A stretch of DNA of 64,000 nt, taken from assembly GCA_965240325.2 (NCBI GenBank), contig OZ251229.1:1116001-1180000 (forward strand), given 5' to 3'. A model generated the notes under the pieces. It saw only the letters and a list, made by a program, of their open reading frames with translations. It was not told the DNA's origin and ran no database searches. Positions 52,252-64,000 of the stretch are shown piece by piece (positions within the stretch are counted from its first letter, which is position 1; every line of letters begins with the position of its first letter). The translations under genes were made by a program, and so were the position numbers. The DNA comes from Rebecca billardiae RCC1528. Lineage: Eukaryota > Protista > Haptophyta.

Positions 52252-54659
52252 TCACTCGAACATGGCCTCGCGCTCGGGCAGCTTCCAGACGCAGATGGCC
52301 GAGTCCTTGCCTGCGCGCCGTCACGGGCATGCGCGCAGCACAGGGTGAGCCGCCGCACCCCGACCCCCGCGCGCGCGCGCTCGGCGCCCCGCCCCGCGTG
52401 CGTGCGTGCGTGCGCGCGCGCGCACCGATGGAGAGCAGCCGCTTCTCGTCTGGCGAGATCTTCACCTTCTCGACCGCCGAGGAGTGGCCCTCGCCCACGT
52501 ACCAGCACACGCCCTCGTCGTAGTGCCACAGCTTGACCGTTCGGTCGGCGGAGCACGAGACGTAGAACGTGCCGTCGTTGTTGATGTCCAGGCCGTTGAG
52601 CTCCGCCTGCGGCAGCGGCAGCGGCGCGCGCGCGCGCGCCGTCTGGTGAGCGGCGCGGCGCGCGCGCGGGCCGCGGCGCGCGCGCGGGGCGGGGCGCGCG
52701 CGCCGCACCGTCTCCGAGCCCTCGAGGATGCGCACGGCGGCCATGTCGGTGCTGTCCCAGAAGGTGATCTTGTGATCCGTGCCGCACGAGATGAACTGCG
52801 ACTCGTCGGGGTGGTAGCACACGCCCGTGAAGAAGGTCGCGCCGAACACGGCGGCGAGCCGCACGAATGAGTCGAGGCTCCACTTGATGATGGAGCCGTC
52901 TGCGGAGGCGGAGAGGCACTCGGCGTCGTCCGCGCTCACCTTGAGGTCGTACACGGGCCCCCTGTGCTCCTTCATCGAGGCGATCATCACCTGCGCGCCC
53001 GAGTCCAGCTTCCACACGCGCACCTGCCCGTCCGCGCCGCCCGTCACCAGCCGGCTGCCCGAGTTGGCGACGACGAGCGACGTGACGCCGTTGACGGGCA
53101 CGATGCCCCCTGACGGGTTGCCCACGCCGACCAGCTTGTGCGCGTCGTTGATCACGAACATGAGCTTGCCCGACTGCGGGCCGAAGGCGCGCACCTTGCC
53201 GTCGGACCAGCCCGAGAGCAGCAGCGAGCCCTTCGGGTTGAAGTTGAGGCAGTTGCACTCGATGTTGGGCACCTGGATGCGCAGCAGCTCCGAGCCGGTC
53301 GACATGTGCCAGATGCGGATGTCCGCGCCCGAGCACGTCGCAAACAGCTCAGAGTAGCCGCGCGGGAACACGACGTCGTTGATCTTGTCGTTGTGGCACG
53401 TCGACTTGAGCGTGACCGCCGCGCCGCCCTCGGCGCCGAACTGCACCGAGTAGATGTTCGACAGCGTCGTGCCCACCAGCAGCTCGCCCGAGGGCGAGGG
53501 CGCGAGCGAGGTGACCTGGCCGGCAATCTGCTCAGACGAGATGGTGCCCAGCACCTTGAAGTCGCCCGGCGTGATGATGGTGAGCGCGTCGCCCGAGCCG
53601 AGGACGAGGTTGCCCGCGGCGTCGGCGGTCATCGCGGTGATTTGCCGCGGGATCCGCTTCTTCGGCCCCACCCGCTTGAACAGCTTCTCGCGCAGCGACA
53701 CCTCGAACACGTCGCCCGTCTCGGTGCCCGCGTACACGTTCTCGTCGTCGTCCGAGACGTGCAGACAGGTGAAGCACCGCCGGTACTGGCCGAGCTGGCA
53801 GTCGATGGGGCGCACCTTGCGCTCGTGCACGTCGAGCGTCCACACGCGCATGTTGTCCCGCCCCGCCGTGACGATCGTCTCGTCCGACGTTTTGCTCCAC
53901 GCCACCGTGAGCGCGAGGTCCTGCGCCGCCGGGCTGCCGCAGATCGCGACGCCGCGCGAGTTGGGCACGTCCACGTGCCACACGACGAGGTTGTTGTCGT
54001 CCTCGCCGCCGATCGAGGCGAGGAACTCGCCGGAGGGCGAGAACGCGAGCGCCTGCACCTGCACCTTGTGCAGCTGCAGCGTGCACACGATCGACTTGGA
54101 CTCGAGGTCCCACACCATCACGGGCGCGATGAAGCCCATGTGCGTCACCTGGCCGGTCGCCAGGATGCGCGGGTCGTTCGGGTGGATCGCCATGCACGAG
54201 ATGCGGTCCGAGTGGCCTGCGCGCGCGGGCGGGCGGCGGGCGGGGGCGTGGGCGGCTCGGCGCCGCCGGCGCGCGCGCCGCACCCCGCGGCTCGCCGCCG
54301 CATCCGCGCGCGCGCCGGCCGGGCTCTCTCTCTCCCTCTCTCTCTCTCGCAATGCGCGCGCACCCTGCAGGAAGGTGACATCGTTGGGATCGTCGATGTT
54401 CTTCACGACCAGCGTCGAGCCAATCGAGTGCACGAGGTAGTTGCAGTCGTTGAAGCGCGTGCACAGCAGGCCACCCCGGGGCCGGCCTGCGGACGCGCGC
54501 GCGCGGGCCAGAGGCCGCCCCGCATGTTGGCTCGATCGTCGCGCCCGCGCGTTGCTGGCCGAGCCGCCGCGGCTCGAGGGCGCGCGCGCGGGGCGTCGCG
54601 CGGGCACGCCACGCACCTGAGAAGCCGATGACGCTCTCGAGCTCGAGCGGACGATTCAT
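52252..54659 (-). CDS. CFAP52: Cilia- and flagella-associated protein 52 (WDR16), 5 exons
   Basis: MNRPLELESVIGFSG, ATGQVTHMGF, LHKVQVQALAFS, AICGSPA, ELLRIQVPN, SGWSDGKVRAFGPQSG, HPDESQ..CGTD, VKLWHYDEG and last exon GKDSAICVWKL. Confidence 0.93.
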
Positions 54660-55240
54660 CCCACCCCGCGCGCTCAGGCCCGCCGGAGAGCGCGGCTGTG
54701 AGCGAGCAGCTGCTGCAGCACAACGGATGTCGCGAGCTGCGCGATGGTCGCTGTCGGCTGAAACCGAACCGGCTTGTCGAGAGGTCCGGCCGCGGCGCCA
54801 TGCTGAGAAAACGCGCGGCTTTTCGCGCTGCGCTTGCCGATTTCTCACGCGTGCGCAAATAAAAGCAGTGCGAGAACTCTCACTCTACTACCGCCGTACC
54901 GGTGGACGCATCATCCAGCGTCGCCGTCGTCATTGGAGTCGGCGAGTCGCACCGGGCTGGTGCCACCCCTTTCTGTTTCAGGCGGACGCTGCCTCGAACC
55001 AATGCCCTGTAGCACTTGCCGCACTGTGAACTCGGCATCATCAGATGTCCGCCGCCGGACCGTCGTCAGCCGACGGGCCACGCGGGTTGCGCGTCAGCGT
55101 GCGAGAGCGGCCATAGACAGAGTGCCGAGTGCGCATTGGCTCCAGCGGTAGCGCCGAGTCACGCCAAAAACAGAGCGCGATGCGAAAGAGGCGATGGAGT
55201 GGGCGCTCGTCAGGCGGCCACGCCTCCGCCGCGGCCGGCC

Positions 55241-55850
55241 TCATCTGCCCTGCCGCTCGCCGCCACCGGCCTCGAGCGTGTCGCGGTGCGTGATGCCGCG
55301 CGCTGCCTGCTCCATCACGGCCGCGCGCTCCTCGCGCTCCGTGTCGTTGTCCGTCCACGAGCAGCCGACGCCGAAGAGCTGCCGCGCCGGGTCCTCGTCG
55401 TCGCCCACTTTCCTCCGCCGCCGGAAGTTGCGCGGCCGCTCCACCTGGTAGCGCTCCCACGCGACCTGCAGCGCGGCAAAGTCGTCGTGCGCGTCCTGGC
55501 CGCGCGGGGCGGCGCGGCGTGCGGACGCGCGTTGGTCCTCCGCGGCGGCGCCATCGAGGGCGTAGGGCGTGGGCGCGCGGTGGGGCGGCGCCTCGCCGCG
55601 CGCGCTCGCGCATCCCGAGTGGCCGCGCGCGCGCGCGCACCGCCACGCCTTGGCGCCGATCGGGGTGTATCCTCATGGCCTCCTGCAGGTAGGCGCGGCG
55701 CACCTCGGCGTGCGACGCCGAGCTCTCCAGCCCGAGCCAGTCGAGCAGCGAGGCGGCTCTCGCGCGGCTGGCTAAGCTGCGCTGGCGCGCTGGCGCGCGG
55801 GCAGAGCCCGTGTGGGCCCGCGCGCCCGCGCTGATCAACGCGCGCATCAT
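55241..55850 (-). CDS. Small DnaJ (J-domain) protein, 2 exons
   Basis: LGLESSAS..EVRRAY...IHPD, an intron, then DDFAALQVAWERY...FGVGCSWTD. Confidence 0.8.
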
Positions 55851-56110
55851 GAATCCGCTTGCGGTCGCCCTGGCCGTCGGAAAAAGAAAACGCGCGCGAG
55901 AAATCTGAGAAATCGCGGAAGGCTGAGAGCCCGATCAGCGATCGGGCGGTTAGCCAGTTAGCCGCGCCGGCCGGGGCGGGCCCCCGGACTCGCCGCAGAC
56001 GGCAGTTGACGGGCGCCGGATCAACACTCTGGCGTTGGCGTCGCGCCCGCGGCACGCACGGCGAGCGCGCAGCAGGTGCCCGTTAAGAGGGCGTCGTCGC
56101 GCGGGGCACC

Positions 56111-58219
56111 ATGAGCCTCGTGTTCGACGAGTATGGGCGGCCTTTCATCATCATGCGCGAGCAGGGGAGGGAGGACCGCGTGAAGGGTCTCGACGCGCAG
56201 AAGGCCAACATCCAGGTGCGCCCCGCGCACGGCCCCCGCGCGCGCGCGTGCACGCGCGCCACCCCCCCCCCCCCTTCCCACGCCGACCGCTCACGCGCGC
56301 GCGCGCGCGCACGCGTGCCCGCGGATACCAGGCGGCCAAGTCGGTGTGCAACGTGATCCGGACATCGCTCGGTCCGAAGGGCATGGACAAGATGCTCTCG
56401 AGCCCCGACGGCGACGTCACCATCTCGAACGACGGCGCGACGATCCTCGAGCAGATGCACGTCAACCACCAGATCGCCAAGCTGCTCGTCGACCTGTCGC
56501 GCTCGCAGGACAACGAGATCGGCGACGGGACGACGGGCGTGGTAGTGCTCGCCGGCGCGCTCCTCGAGCAGGCCGAGATCCTCCTCGACCGCGGCATCCA
56601 CCCCATCCGCATCGCGGACGGCTTTGAGCGCGCGGCCAAGGTCGCGATCGACCGACTCGCCGACTCGGCGTACAGCCACTCGCACACGCTGGAGGACAAG
56701 GAGGCGCTGGTGCAGACGGCGATGACGACGCTCTCGTCCAAGATCGTCAACCGGTGCCACCGCCCCATGGCCGAGATCGCCGTCGACGCCGTGCTCGCGG
56801 TCGCTGACTTTGAGCGGCACGACGTCAACCTTGACCTCATCAAGGTGCGGGCACGCCCGTGTGTGTGTGCGTGTGTGTGCCTGAGAGAGAGAGAGAGAGG
56901 GCGCAGCAGCGTACCGGGCCCGGTTCTGGGCGCGCGCGCGGCTCGCCTCACCACCGCGCCTCCCCCCGCCGCCGTGCGCCGCGTGCTGTGCCGCAGCTGG
57001 ACGGCAAGGTGGGCGGCAAGCTGGAGGACACGATGCTGGTGCGCGGCATCATCGTGGACAAGGAGATCTCGCACCAGCAGATGGCGAAGGACATCACCGA
57101 CGCGAAGATGTGCATCCTCACCTGCCCGTTCGAGCCGCCCAAGCCGAAGACGAAGCACAAGCTTGAGATCGAGGTGCGCGCTCGCTCGCGCCGCGCGCGC
57201 GGCCGCGCGCGGCCGGCGGCGCCGACTCACGCGCCCGCGTATGTGCCGCACCGCTCCGCCGCGCCCCCGGCTCGCAGGACGTGGAGACGTACAAGGAGCT
57301 GCAGGAGGCGGAGAAGCAGTACTTCTTGCAGATGGTGCAGCAGGTGAAGGACTCGGGGGCGAACCTCGTGATCTGCCAGTGGGGCTTTGACGACGAGGCA
57401 AACCACCTGCTCATGCAGAACAAGCTGCCGGCCGTGCGCTGGGTGGGCGGCGTCGAGATCGAGCTGATCGCGATCGCGACCGGTGCGCGGCCGCGCGCGC
57501 GCGCGCGCCCACCGGCCGCGCCCGCGCGCCCCGCCCCGCCCCCGCGCGCTCCTCGCTCACCCCCGTGCACACCCTACGCACACACACGCGCGCGCGCGCC
57601 CCTGTCAGGCGGGCGCATTGTGCCGCGCTTCTCCGAGCTGACTGCCGAGAAGCTGGGCAAGGCGGGCCGCGTGCGCGAGATCTCGTTCGGCACGACCAAG
57701 GACCGGATGCTCGTGATCGAGGACTGCCCCAACTCGAAGGCGGTGACGGTCTTCGTGCGCGGCGGGAACAAGATGATCGTCGACGAGGCGAAGCGCTCCC
57801 TGCACGACGCGATCTGCGTCGTGCGCAACCTGATCCGCGACAACCGGATCGTGTACGGCGGCGGCTCCGCCGAGATCGCGTGCTCGCTCGCGGTGCAGAA
57901 GGCGGCGGACGCCACCGGCACGATCGAGCAGATCGCGATGCGCGCGTTCGCCGACGCGCTCGAGATGGTGCCGATGGCGCTCGCGGAGAACTCGGGGCTC
58001 AACCCGATCGACGAGATCTCGCAGGCAAAGGCGGCGCAGGTGGCGGAGGGCAAGCCGTTCATCGGCATCGACTGCCTCAACAAGGGCACGCGCGACATGA
58101 AGGAGCAGCACGTCTTCGAGACGCTGATCGGCAAGCAGCAGCAGATCTCGCTCGCCACGCAGGTCGTGCGCATGATCCTCAAGATCGACGACGTCATCCA
58201 GCCGGGGCAGCTGGGCTGA
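56111..58219 (+). CDS. CCT5: T-complex protein 1 subunit epsilon, 5 exons
   Basis: [57 protein letters not shown] and [11 protein letters not shown]. Confidence 0.97.
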
Positions 58220-59116
58220 GCGCGGACGCGCGGAACGGGGGCTGCGCAGCGCGGTGAGCCTCGGGCCTAGCTGCTCGAACGGCCGGTCGGGCGCAGCTTC
58301 TGACCAACTGACTGACCCGACGCTGCTTCCGCTGGCGTGTGCGAGCGGCGAGGATGACGAGTGCCGACTCAGTAGACGATGATGCGTAGTCGTCACCTCG
58401 GATGACCTCGCGAGTCCGAATATACCGCGGGATAATAGTTATAGTTATCATGCTATATAATATCACAGTGATGAACAAAAACGCGGGATATTATTATATT
58501 AATATTATCGTCACCGTAACCTGACACCTGTCCGACACGACTACCCGATTTTCGGGGAAATTCTCGCGCGGGCGGCCGCACGAGCGCACAGAAGACGCTA
58601 CGGTGGTCGCGCAGGCGCCTGGTGAGTGCCCAGCGGGCATGGGACTGCAACATCCCAGCCGGCCTCCCCATCTCTCCGCCCCTCCGTCTGCCTCGCCGGG
58701 TTGCACGCGGCTCGGGCCGGTCCCGTAGCTCGCGAGCAGCCATTCGTGAGCGTGGAGCCCTGCTGCTCAGTGCGGCGATGCGGCGAGGCGAAGCGGCACG
58801 TACGACGGCGCATCTTACTCCAAAGGCAGTCTGCTGCCAGCACAGCCGCCCTCGCCGGAGTGCCTGGTCGTCACCTTCGTCGTGTGCACCTGTTGCGCGC
58901 TGCCGTCCGCTGCGTCCATAACTCAGATCGCGGCCGCGGCGCACGCGGCGGGCAAGCTGGTGGCTGGACTGCTTACTTGCGACTCGCGTCTCGCAGACTG
59001 CCACTGCCACTCGGCCTGGCCCATTATGAATCTTCATACGACATTGAGCAGCCGAGCAGCCGACGGAGGGTGCACCGCGGGCCCCTAACTGCGTTGATGG
59101 TTCTACGGAAGGACCG

Positions 59117-59117
<1 letters not shown>

Positions 59118-59201
<84 letters not shown>
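59118..59201. repeat. (TA)n microsatellite
   Basis: TA run preceded by a degenerate copy of the 44.5-kb terminal motif. Confidence 0.98.
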
Positions 59202-59202
<1 letters not shown>

Positions 59203-59943
59203 CGACTGAAATTATACTCTGCTGACAGGAGCCGACGATAGTAGTACGGTTCGTGCCTAAGGCGGCCCGGTACACGCAGAACAGCAGCAGTCGTCGACGC
59301 CGGTAGTAGGTAGTACTACTGCGCGCTTAGCTATATCGGTTTTAACACGCGTGTAGTAGTATGTAAGCGCAAGTATAGTTACTGAGTGCGCACACTTGCC
59401 TAGTACTCTTAAGGCGTCTGGCGTGATTACCGGTCGCGTCCGTACTGCTGCTGAGTTATTACTAATAATCAACTAGTATTATATATATAAGTACGGTAAA
59501 CGGATGTATTTTCAAAATACCAACGCTACATACATTGCGGGACGGCAGGGCCGGGATGGTGCATGCGCATCGCCTCGCGACGTGGGGCGCCCAGCGGCGG
59601 CCGCGCGATGGCCGAGGCCGTCGCCGCCGAGCGCTCCCGGCGCTCTGCCACTTGGATGAGGATCAGACTGATGAATGAGGTTGTCGTCGATGTCGCTGCG
59701 CGCCGACCTAGCGGCGCGCAGCTGCAGGAGGCGACAGCCGCGGCTGTCACCTCCGCGAGCGCCCGTGTGGGCGTTGGGATGAGGATGAGGTCACTGACTG
59801 TAGTACTCGTCGGCGCGCGCCGTCCTAGCGGCAAGCAGCAGCTGCGCAGTGGAGAGGGGCTCGAAGAGGAAGCGCGCCGCCAAGTGCGCGCTGGGGAATG
59901 AAGCTGGATGAAGGTCATGCTGTGCCATGGTGCGCCGTACGCA

Positions 59944-61641
59944 TCAGCAGGCGATGCAGTGCGGCTTGTGTGCCTTCCAGGCGCGCTTCTGGCACTCCTT
60001 GCTGCAGTAGCACGCTGTCATGCAGCGGCTGCACCGGGCAAGCAGCCGGTTGCCGTCGGCAGGCTTCTTGGTGCGGCCGCATCCGGCGCAGATGGCGCGG
60101 CGACGCTGGGGTCATCGCCCGCTGGCGCCAGCCCTGGGTCGGCTGCGGCAGATGACGGCAAGGCTTCATTCACAGAATGCCCGTGCTGCGCACCACACGT
60201 TGCAGTGGGGCTTGTGCACCTTCCATGAGCTGCGCAGATGCGCACGCGAGCAGAAGGCCGCCACGTGGCACCGCTCGCACTTCTTCAGCCCACGACCCGT
60301 GTGCCCGCAGGCGATGCAGCACTGGGAGACCACCTCAAGCTCTCCAGCTATCTCAGCCAGCGCATTGCACGCATCCTCCTTGAGTTCGGGATTGAGCTCT
60401 TGGCCACGGCGCAGCAGTCGTGCGCCCTCCTCCACATCAAGCTCCACTCCCAGACCCTCCAGCGTCATCGATCCCAGCTTGATGTGAGCACATGCGCTCC
60501 CGCCGTCAACAGCCAGGCGGAGCCAGCGCACCGCCTCGCTGAGATCTTGCGCCACACCCTCGCCTAGCTCGTAGCACGCGCCCAGATGGTGTTGCGCGTC
60601 TGCATGGCCCTGCTCGGCTGCCAGCCGAAGCCAGCGCACCGCCTCGCCCCAATCCTGCGGCACACCCTCGCCTGCAATGAAGCACGTGCCCATCATGTGC
60701 TGCGCGCCTGCAGAGCCCTGCTCGGCCGCCAGCCGAATCCAGCGCACCGCCTCGCCCCGATCCTGCTGCACACCCTCGCCTAGCTTGTAGCACATGCCCA
60801 GATTGTACTGCGCTGCAGCAAAGCCCTGCTCGGCCGCCAGCCGGCCCCAGCGCACCGCCTCACCCCAATCCTGCTGCACACCCACGCCACGCGCGTAGCA
60901 CCCGCCCAGATTTACCTGCGCTTCCGCATCGCCCTGCTCGGCCGCCAGCCGGTACCAGCGCGCCGCCTTGCCCCAATCCTGCTGCGGCACACCCTCGCCT
61001 AGCTCGTAGCACGCGCCCAGATTGTACTGCGCTCTGGCAAGGCCCTGCTTGGCTGCCAGCCGGTACCAGCGCACCGCCTCGCCCCAATCCTGCTGCGGCA
61101 CACCCTCGCCTCGTTCGTAGCGCCAGCCCAGGTGGTGCTGAGCAGCTGCGTACCCCTGCTCGGCCGCCAGCCGGTACCAGCGCACTGCCTCGGCCCAGTC
61201 CTGCGGCACGCCCTCGGCTCGTTCGTAGCGCATGCCAAGGTTGTACTGCGCAACTGCTTGGCCCTGCTCAGCCGCCAGCCGGTACCAGCGCGCCGCCTCG
61301 GCCCAGTCATGCTGCACACCATTGCCCAGTGCGTAGCACGCGCCCAGATTGTGCTGCGCTCGCGCATCGCCCTGCTCGGCCCCCAGCCGGTACCAGCGCG
61401 TGGCTGCCTCGAGGTCCACGGGCTGACCAAGCTCACCTGCCCGGCAGATGTCGCCCATTTTCGCCTGCGCCTCGGCAAAGCCGCGCTCAGCGGCGAGGGT
61501 GTACAGGCGAAAGGCCTCGCGCTCGTCCTGTTCGATGCCGTCGCCCTCCTCAGCCCGCCGCGCCAGAAGGAACGTCGCACGCGCGTCGCCGCGCCCCGAC
61601 TTGCGCCAGAGGAGACCGACCGCCGCGGAAGCGTTCGCCAT
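59944..61641 (-). CDS. Sel1-repeat protein with C-terminal MYND zinc finger(s)
   Basis: About 10 Sel1 repeats (A.AQYNLG.CY..GEGV.QD..EAVRWYRLAAEQG). The first MYND (CIACG..KCERC..FCS..HKPHC) ends at stop 60166. A second in-frame MYND at 59944-60105 could be joined by a 93-nt intron. Confidence 0.88.
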
Positions 61642-62592
61642 GCGCCCGTCGTCCTCCGACGAAGCAGTTCCAAGTCGTTCGCGAGTGGTGCGTAGGGCAC
61701 CGGCGCGGCTTGGCGGGGCCGACGCACGTCCGCGGCGCCCGCCCGCCGCGCGGCGCGTTGCGAAAAAGCAGTTGCCTTCGGCCGATTTTTTTCGCGACTT
61801 GGTGGACAATTTTGCTTCATCGCGCTATTTTCCGCCGATTTCCGCCGTGCAGCCGGCGTCGCGCCCGCTCTCGACGCGCGCGAGCTGCGCGCGCGCGGCG
61901 GCGGTTTTGGCCGCGCGGCACTGGGACGGCTGGGTCTGCACGGCCGAGGAGGCCACTCTTGCGGCGGTGGTCGTGGCGCGGGGACGTCTCCGCCGCTCGC
62001 CAACCTCCCGCGAGCGCCTCGCGCCGCCTTCACGCCGTCTCCGCGCGCCAACTGCACGCTCTGGACGCCTCGGCGGCAAAGACGCGCGCGGCGCGGTTGT
62101 GTGACGTCCAGACTCGGCCCATGCGCGTGCGCTGTCGGTGCGTCCCGGCCACGCGCGCGCGCATCCCAGACCTCTCGCCTCACGCGTCGCCGCCGAGCAC
62201 GGCTGTGCACCTCAGTCTCCCGTGGTGCCGCCCGCGCGGCCGAGCGAGCAGGCGGCGCGTTGTGGAGCTTGTGACGCGCGAGGCGGGAAGGCTTCCGAGC
62301 GCCCGAGCCACCGCCGACCGGCGGCGCGCACGCGATTGGCTCGAGCCATGGGCGCCGACGGCGCGCGCGCGCGCTGAGCCAGCTGAAGGCTTGTGCGCCA
62401 TGGCACGGCAGCCGCCAATCGCGGCCCGCGGCCGTTGTGCGGCAGGCGCGCTCGGTGCGGGCGCTTCGGGGTGTGGCCTCATGAGACCGGAGCCCCTGAA
62501 AGCGCGACGCCTATGAGCTCGCCCCGGCCTGAGTGAGTGAGCGCGCATCTGTCAGTGATCGGCACACGCAGCAGCACGGGGCGGCCGTCGTC

Positions 62593-63480
62593 ATGAGCTG
62601 TCGGACAATGCGGCCGCGCGCCGGTGCGCCGAGGCGCTGGGCGCGTGGCTGCGTGAGCGGCCGGTGCGCCGCGCGCGAGCTCGTGCTCAGGCGCAACCGC
62701 ATCCACGACGCCAGGCCCATCCTCGCCGCGCTCACCGCCACCTGCTCCTCGCGCGTGCGCGCGCTCGACCTCGGCGGCAACGGGCCGGGCACGACGTCGG
62801 TCTCGGCCGCGCTCGCGATGGTGCGCGCCAACGCCTCGCTCTGCAGGCTGGGCGTGAGCGGCGCGGACGAGCGCGTGAGCGAGGGCGCGCTCGAGGCGCT
62901 CGAGGACGCGTGGGAGGGGGAGGGCAACGCCGCGCCCAACATCACCACCGACCTCGAGCACCAGGACTCTTCTGACGAGGGCGCCCCCGACTGGGTGTTC
63001 TGCTGGCTCGACTGGGACCCTCAGCAGTGCCCCACGCGCAGCACGCTCGATGGCAGCGTGGCGTGGGACACGGACAGCGCGGACAGCTCCGACGACGACG
63101 AGGAGGAGGAGGCCTCGGAGGACGGCGGCGGCGGCGCGAGCTCGGAGGAGGCGAGCGGCTCTGACAGCTGCTCCGACGGGGACGGCGCCGGGAGCAGCGC
63201 TGAGGGTTCGGACGACGCCGAGCGCAGCGGCGATGATGCGGATTCGCAGCGCGGTGCCGCCGCAGCTGCTGCGCCGACGGCGGGAGGAGGACCCCGCGTT
63301 GCGGGAGCTCGATGCGACCCCGCCGCCGCGCGCCGGCTCCCGGCGCGCGCACGACAGGCAGAGCCACAACCACTGGCGCCCCAACCAACCACATACTGCT
63401 GCTGCGGGTCGGGCGCACCCGTTCCAACGCTGACCGCGCCAGGTCCAAGCTGCCCGAGCCCGAGCCCGGCGAGCACCTGA
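62593..63480 (+). CDS. Leucine-rich-repeat-like protein with acidic tail; gene model uncertain
   Basis: [18 protein letters not shown] and [11 protein letters not shown]-like cores followed by a D/E/S-rich region. Confidence 0.5.
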   Translation: MSCRTMRPRAGAPRRWARGCVSGRCAARELVLRRNRIHDARPILAALTATCSSRVRALDLGGNGPGTTSVSAALAMVRANASLCRLGVSGADERVSEGALEALEDAWEGEGNAAPNITTDLEHQDSSDEGAPDWVFCWLDWDPQQCPTRSTLDGSVAWDTDSADSSDDDEEEEASEDGGGGASSEEASGSDSCSDGDGAGSSAEGSDDAERSGDDADSQRGAAAAAAPTAGGGPRVAGARCDPAAARRLPARARQAEPQPLAPQPTTYCCCGSGAPVPTLTAPGPSCPSPSPAST

Positions 63481-63640
63481 ATGAAGATGCAGCTGGCGCG
63501 CAGGCAGGACGGTGGCGCGCTCTCCCACGCCGAGCACCGGCTGCCGCCGATCTCCTCCGCCGGCGCGCAGAGGTCTACTGCTGTGGCCGCCGCCGCGCGG
63601 CCGCCGCCCGTGGCGGGCTATGGCGTCGAGGTGGGCCTGG

Positions 63641-64000
63641 CGCGATCTGCGTCGTGCGCAACCTGATCCGCGACAACCGGATCGTGTACGGCGGCGGCTC
63701 CGCCGAGATCGCGTGCTCGCTCGCGGTGCAGAAGGCGGCGGACGCCACCGGCACGATCGAGCAGATCGCGATGCGCGCGTTCGCCGACGCGCTCGAGATG
63801 GTGCCGATGGCGCTCGCGGAGAACTCGGGGCTCAACCCGATCGACGAGATCTCGCAGGCAAAGGCGGCGCAGGTGGCGGAGGGCAAGCCGTTCATCGGCA
63901 TCGACTGCCTCAACAAGGGCACGCGCGACATGAAGGAGCAACACGTCTTCGAGACGCTGATCGGCAAGCAGCAGCAGATCTCGCTCGCCACGCAGGTCGT
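63641..64000 (+). pseudogene. CCT5: Duplicated 3' fragment of CCT5 (runs off the window)
   Basis: Matches 57808-58167. The only difference noticed is GAGCAGCAC vs GAGCAACAC. Confidence 0.92.

Overview
This is very GC-rich eukaryotic DNA with short GC-rich GT-AG introns and many head-to-head gene pairs. The style suggests a flagellated microalga such as a Pavlovales-type haptophyte, which is inference only. Recognisable genes are a dienelactone hydrolase, COPB2 (beta'-COP), a C2+TBC Rab-GAP, two sulfotransferase-like genes (one frameshifted), an OCA/SIW14-like pseudophosphatase, an EsV-1-7 repeat protein, a membrane EF-hand protein, a QRICH2-like coiled-coil protein, THOC7, a class I methyltransferase, an SLC6 transporter, CFAP52, a small DnaJ protein, CCT5 (with a near-identical duplicated 3' piece at the window end) and a Sel1-repeat/MYND protein. 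The best candidate for an undescribed system is the divergent intronless pair at 14108-17110. It joins an OvoA-clade sulfoxide synthase that lacks the OvoA methyltransferase domain and carries an EgtB-like RNFF motif to a divergent EgtD-family methyltransferase, suggesting a two-gene eukaryotic thiohistidine (ergothioneine or N-methyl-5-thiohistidine) cassette. The second highlight is a ~10.4 kb non-LTR retrotransposon with one 3361-aa ORF (hydrophobic N-terminus, 2A-like NPGP, APE, RT, RNase H, CCHC, OTU-like protease) and a 5'-truncated sister copy. The 39.5-48.5 kb region is a nest of inverted repeats. All family assignments come from motif recognition by eye; no searches were run.
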